Positions 61,998 through 64,000 of a DNA stretch of 64,000 bases are shown piece after piece. Both the position numbers and the translations under genes were made by a program. The stretch's first letter is position 1; the number at the start of each line of letters is the position of its first letter. This stretch comes from Trueperaceae bacterium. Its GTDB lineage: Bacteria; Deinococcota; Deinococci; Deinococcales; Trueperaceae. The notes beneath the pieces are model-generated. The model was not told where the DNA came from. It did no database searches and saw only the letters and a list, made by a program, of their open reading frames with translations. The DNA lies in NCBI GenBank assembly GCA_965213645.1, contig CBDBZX010000010.1, forward strand, positions 93,712 through 157,711, read 5' to 3'.

Positions 61998-62894
61998 TTA
62001 GCCGTAGAGCGTCCAGAGCAGGTGAGCCGCGCCTAAAAGGAGGACGGTAAGGAGGCTGCAGGGGCGAATCCAGTGGATACTCAGCCGAATATCCTCTGCT
62101 GTCGGCGCACGCCCTTCGGGGTTGAGCACATAGACCTCTCGCTTATCCAGCCTAACACCCAAGCCCCCGGCGGCGGCAGCCATCGGCCAGCCTGCATTGG
62201 GGGAAGGCGTCCTTTTGGCATCCTGCCACGCCGTGCGCCAAGCGCGACGCGCACTCGCCCCGATGAGCGGCGCGGCGAGGCAGAGCATAAGGGCGCTGAG
62301 GCGGGCGGGGATGAGGTTCAAGAGGTCGTCGAGCCTTGCGGCGGCTTTGCCGAGGTGCTCGAGCTTCCCCTCTCGGTAGCCCAACATAGCGTCCGCCGTA
62401 TTCACAAAGCGGTAGACCCACGCGCCCGTTAAGCCGAACAGAACGAAGTAGAAAAAGGGCGCAACGACGCTGTCGCTCAAGTTTTCGGCGAGCGATTCGA
62501 TGGTTGCTCCCGCGACTTCGGCGTCGCTCAGTTGGCGCGTGTCGCGGCTGACGAGGTGGTAGGCGAGCAGAACGCGGGCGTTAGAGAGGTCAGCTTGCTC
62601 GAGCGCACTTCTCACCTCATGTCCTGCCCTGAGGAGCGCCGTTAGGCTAAAGCTAGGCTTGAGCGCCAAAGCCGTAAGCGGCAGGCTCAGCCAGAGCGGG
62701 AAGAGGTGCAGCGCCCAGGTGATAGACCAAGCCACTGCGCTCACAACGAGACAGCCGAGCGTCAGCGCGTTCGCGCCCGTCCATAAAAGGTCAATAGGTG
62801 TGCCCTCTCTGCGTTTGACCCATGTTAGATAGCGCCCAAACCACGCCACGGGATGCCAGTGGGTCGGCGGTTCGCCCAAGAGATCAACGAGCAT
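61998..62894 (-). CDS. cbiB: Adenosylcobinamide-phosphate synthase CbiB (CobD)
   Basis: LLGEPPTHWHPVAWFGR, membrane helices, typical CbiB length. Confidence 0.8.
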   Translation of the reverse strand: MLVDLLGEPPTHWHPVAWFGRYLTWVKRREGTPIDLLWTGANALTLGCLVVSAVAWSITWALHLFPLWLSLPLTALALKPSFSLTALLRAGHEVRSALEQADLSNARVLLAYHLVSRDTRQLSDAEVAGATIESLAENLSDSVVAPFFYFVLFGLTGAWVYRFVNTADAMLGYREGKLEHLGKAAARLDDLLNLIPARLSALMLCLAAPLIGASARRAWRTAWQDAKRTPSPNAGWPMAAAAGGLGVRLDKREVYVLNPEGRAPTAEDIRLSIHWIRPCSLLTVLLLGAAHLLWTLYG

Positions 62895-63095
62895 GGCGAG
62901 CCCGAGGACGGCTAGGCTAATGGCGGGTTCCTTGCGCTAAAAGGTATTTTTCTGTTGCCATTAATGTCTCTGTCAATTCAAAACGTTCGTCAAGCATATC
63001 TTATTCATACTACGTTCACCGTGCGGACTTTTTACATAATGCTAACGTTGTCATTGCTTAAAACTGGAGAGGGCCGCGTGGTATCTTGGCTCGGT

Positions 63096-64000
63096 ATGAC
63101 TTATCCTGACGTGCTCGAGATTCACCCCAAACGGAGCGTTGACGCAAATTTAGCTGTACCCGGCTCCAAAAGCCTAACCAACCGCGCCTTTATCGTGGCG
63201 GCGTTGGCGGAGGGAACCTCGGTCTTGAAGGGCGGCCTCATCGCTGAAGACGCCGAGGTGATGGTTCGCGCCCTCCGCGCCCTCGGCTTTAAGGTCCAGG
63301 TGGACGGTACGACCTTTACGGTGCATGGGCAAGGTGGCAGGGTTCCCAACGCCTCAGCGGAGTTGGATTTAAGACTCTCAGGCACCTCAATTCGCTTTCT
63401 CACGGCGCTCGTCACTTTGGGAAGAGGTCACTACCTTTTGGACGGCAACGCGCGGATGCGGCAGCGGCCTATCCAGGATTTGCTGAACGCGCTAGAGCCT
63501 CTTGGCGCAACCGTCGGCACGCAGTTTGAAACAGGCTGTCCGCCTGTCGTGGTCGAAGCGGCGGGGCTGCGCGGTGGAGAGACGCGGATTGCGGGAGAGA
63601 GTTCGTCGCAGTACCTCTCGGCCCTCCTCATGGCTGCACCGTACGCGGAGGGTTCGGTCACGTTAGAGGTTGATGGCGAGCTGACCTCTAAGCCCTTTAT
63701 CGACATGACGCTGAACCTCATGGCGGACTTTGGCATTTCAGTCCAGCGAGAAGGCTACGAGCGTTTCACGGTTCAACCGCAGACGTATGGGCCGCAAACT
63801 TACAACATCGAAGGGGACGCGATGGCGGCGGGTTATGTGTGGGCAGCGGCGGCTATTGCGGGCGGACGGGTGCGCGTAGAGAACGTAGGAGCGACCTCTT
63901 TGCAAGGCGATAGACGCCTAGCCGACGTGCTCGGTGAGATGGGTTGCGCGGTAACCTGGACTGAGGAGAGCTGTGAAGTCGCCTTGCCAGAAGGCAAGCT
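63096..64000 (+). CDS. aroA: 3-phosphoshikimate 1-carboxyvinyltransferase (EPSP synthase), 3' end outside the window
   Basis: Open frame from ATG 63096 to the window end (absent from the ORF track because it has no stop). LAVPGSKSLTNRA, LRLSGTSIRFL, LDGNARMRQRPI, SSQYLSALLMAAP. Confidence 0.9.
   Translation, partial: MTYPDVLEIHPKRSVDANLAVPGSKSLTNRAFIVAALAEGTSVLKGGLIAEDAEVMVRALRALGFKVQVDGTTFTVHGQGGRVPNASAELDLRLSGTSIRFLTALVTLGRGHYLLDGNARMRQRPIQDLLNALEPLGATVGTQFETGCPPVVVEAAGLRGGETRIAGESSSQYLSALLMAAPYAEGSVTLEVDGELTSKPFIDMTLNLMADFGISVQREGYERFTVQPQTYGPQTYNIEGDAMAAGYVWAAAAIAGGRVRVENVGATSLQGDRRLADVLGEMGCAVTWTEESCEVALPEGK

Noticed and set aside
62895-63095. Possible cobalamin riboswitch upstream of cbiB
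   Set aside because: I read the minus strand of this gap and it is AT-rich promoter-like DNA. I could not find a B12-box-like GCCACTG core or the GC-rich paired regions. An Infernal scan would settle it.

Overview
High-GC bacterial chromosomal window with about 55 protein genes. I found no rRNA, tRNA, CRISPR array, transposase or integrase. A split proline dehydrogenase / P5C dehydrogenase pair and the general protein flavour are reminiscent of Deinococcus-Thermus-like genomes, but the taxon cannot be fixed without a database search. Layout: (1) 94-1833, a GH8+CBM lipoprotein. (2) 2544-8524, the main candidate for a novel system: five same-strand lipoprotein genes encoding different lytic enzymes (SLT+amidase, CHAP, alpha-lytic-type serine protease, astacin, lysozyme-like). 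All five carry one shared Cys-bracketed SH3b-like module. A divergent SARP/BTAD-ATPase regulator with a membrane tail (8879-11143) lies next to them, with phased heptad repeats upstream of it. (3) A GH3 beta-glucosidase. (4) 14174-19473, a GTGA-coupled envelope/lipid operon (DUF4105-like, membrane proteins, hydrolases). It ends in an alpha/beta-hydrolase ORF that runs in frame into a CYP152-type P450 interrupted by one TAA. (5) A sugar ABC transporter operon and a GH4/nagB/kinase operon, both with frame disruptions. (6) SDR and smc. (7) An OafA-like acyltransferase, then two toxin-antitoxin-like cassettes and a strongly AT-rich islet encoding a 363-aa possibly HEPN-like protein. (8) pruA and proline dehydrogenase, followed by assorted housekeeping and accessory genes. 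(9) A TetR-controlled detoxification-like cluster with two identical operator palindromes. (10) sufE and a cobalamin cluster (cobQ and cobC/D-like genes frame-disrupted, cbiB intact), then partial aroA. Several dispersed short repeat and hairpin families sit in the ORF-free gaps. All functional calls come from motif recognition by eye, not from searches.
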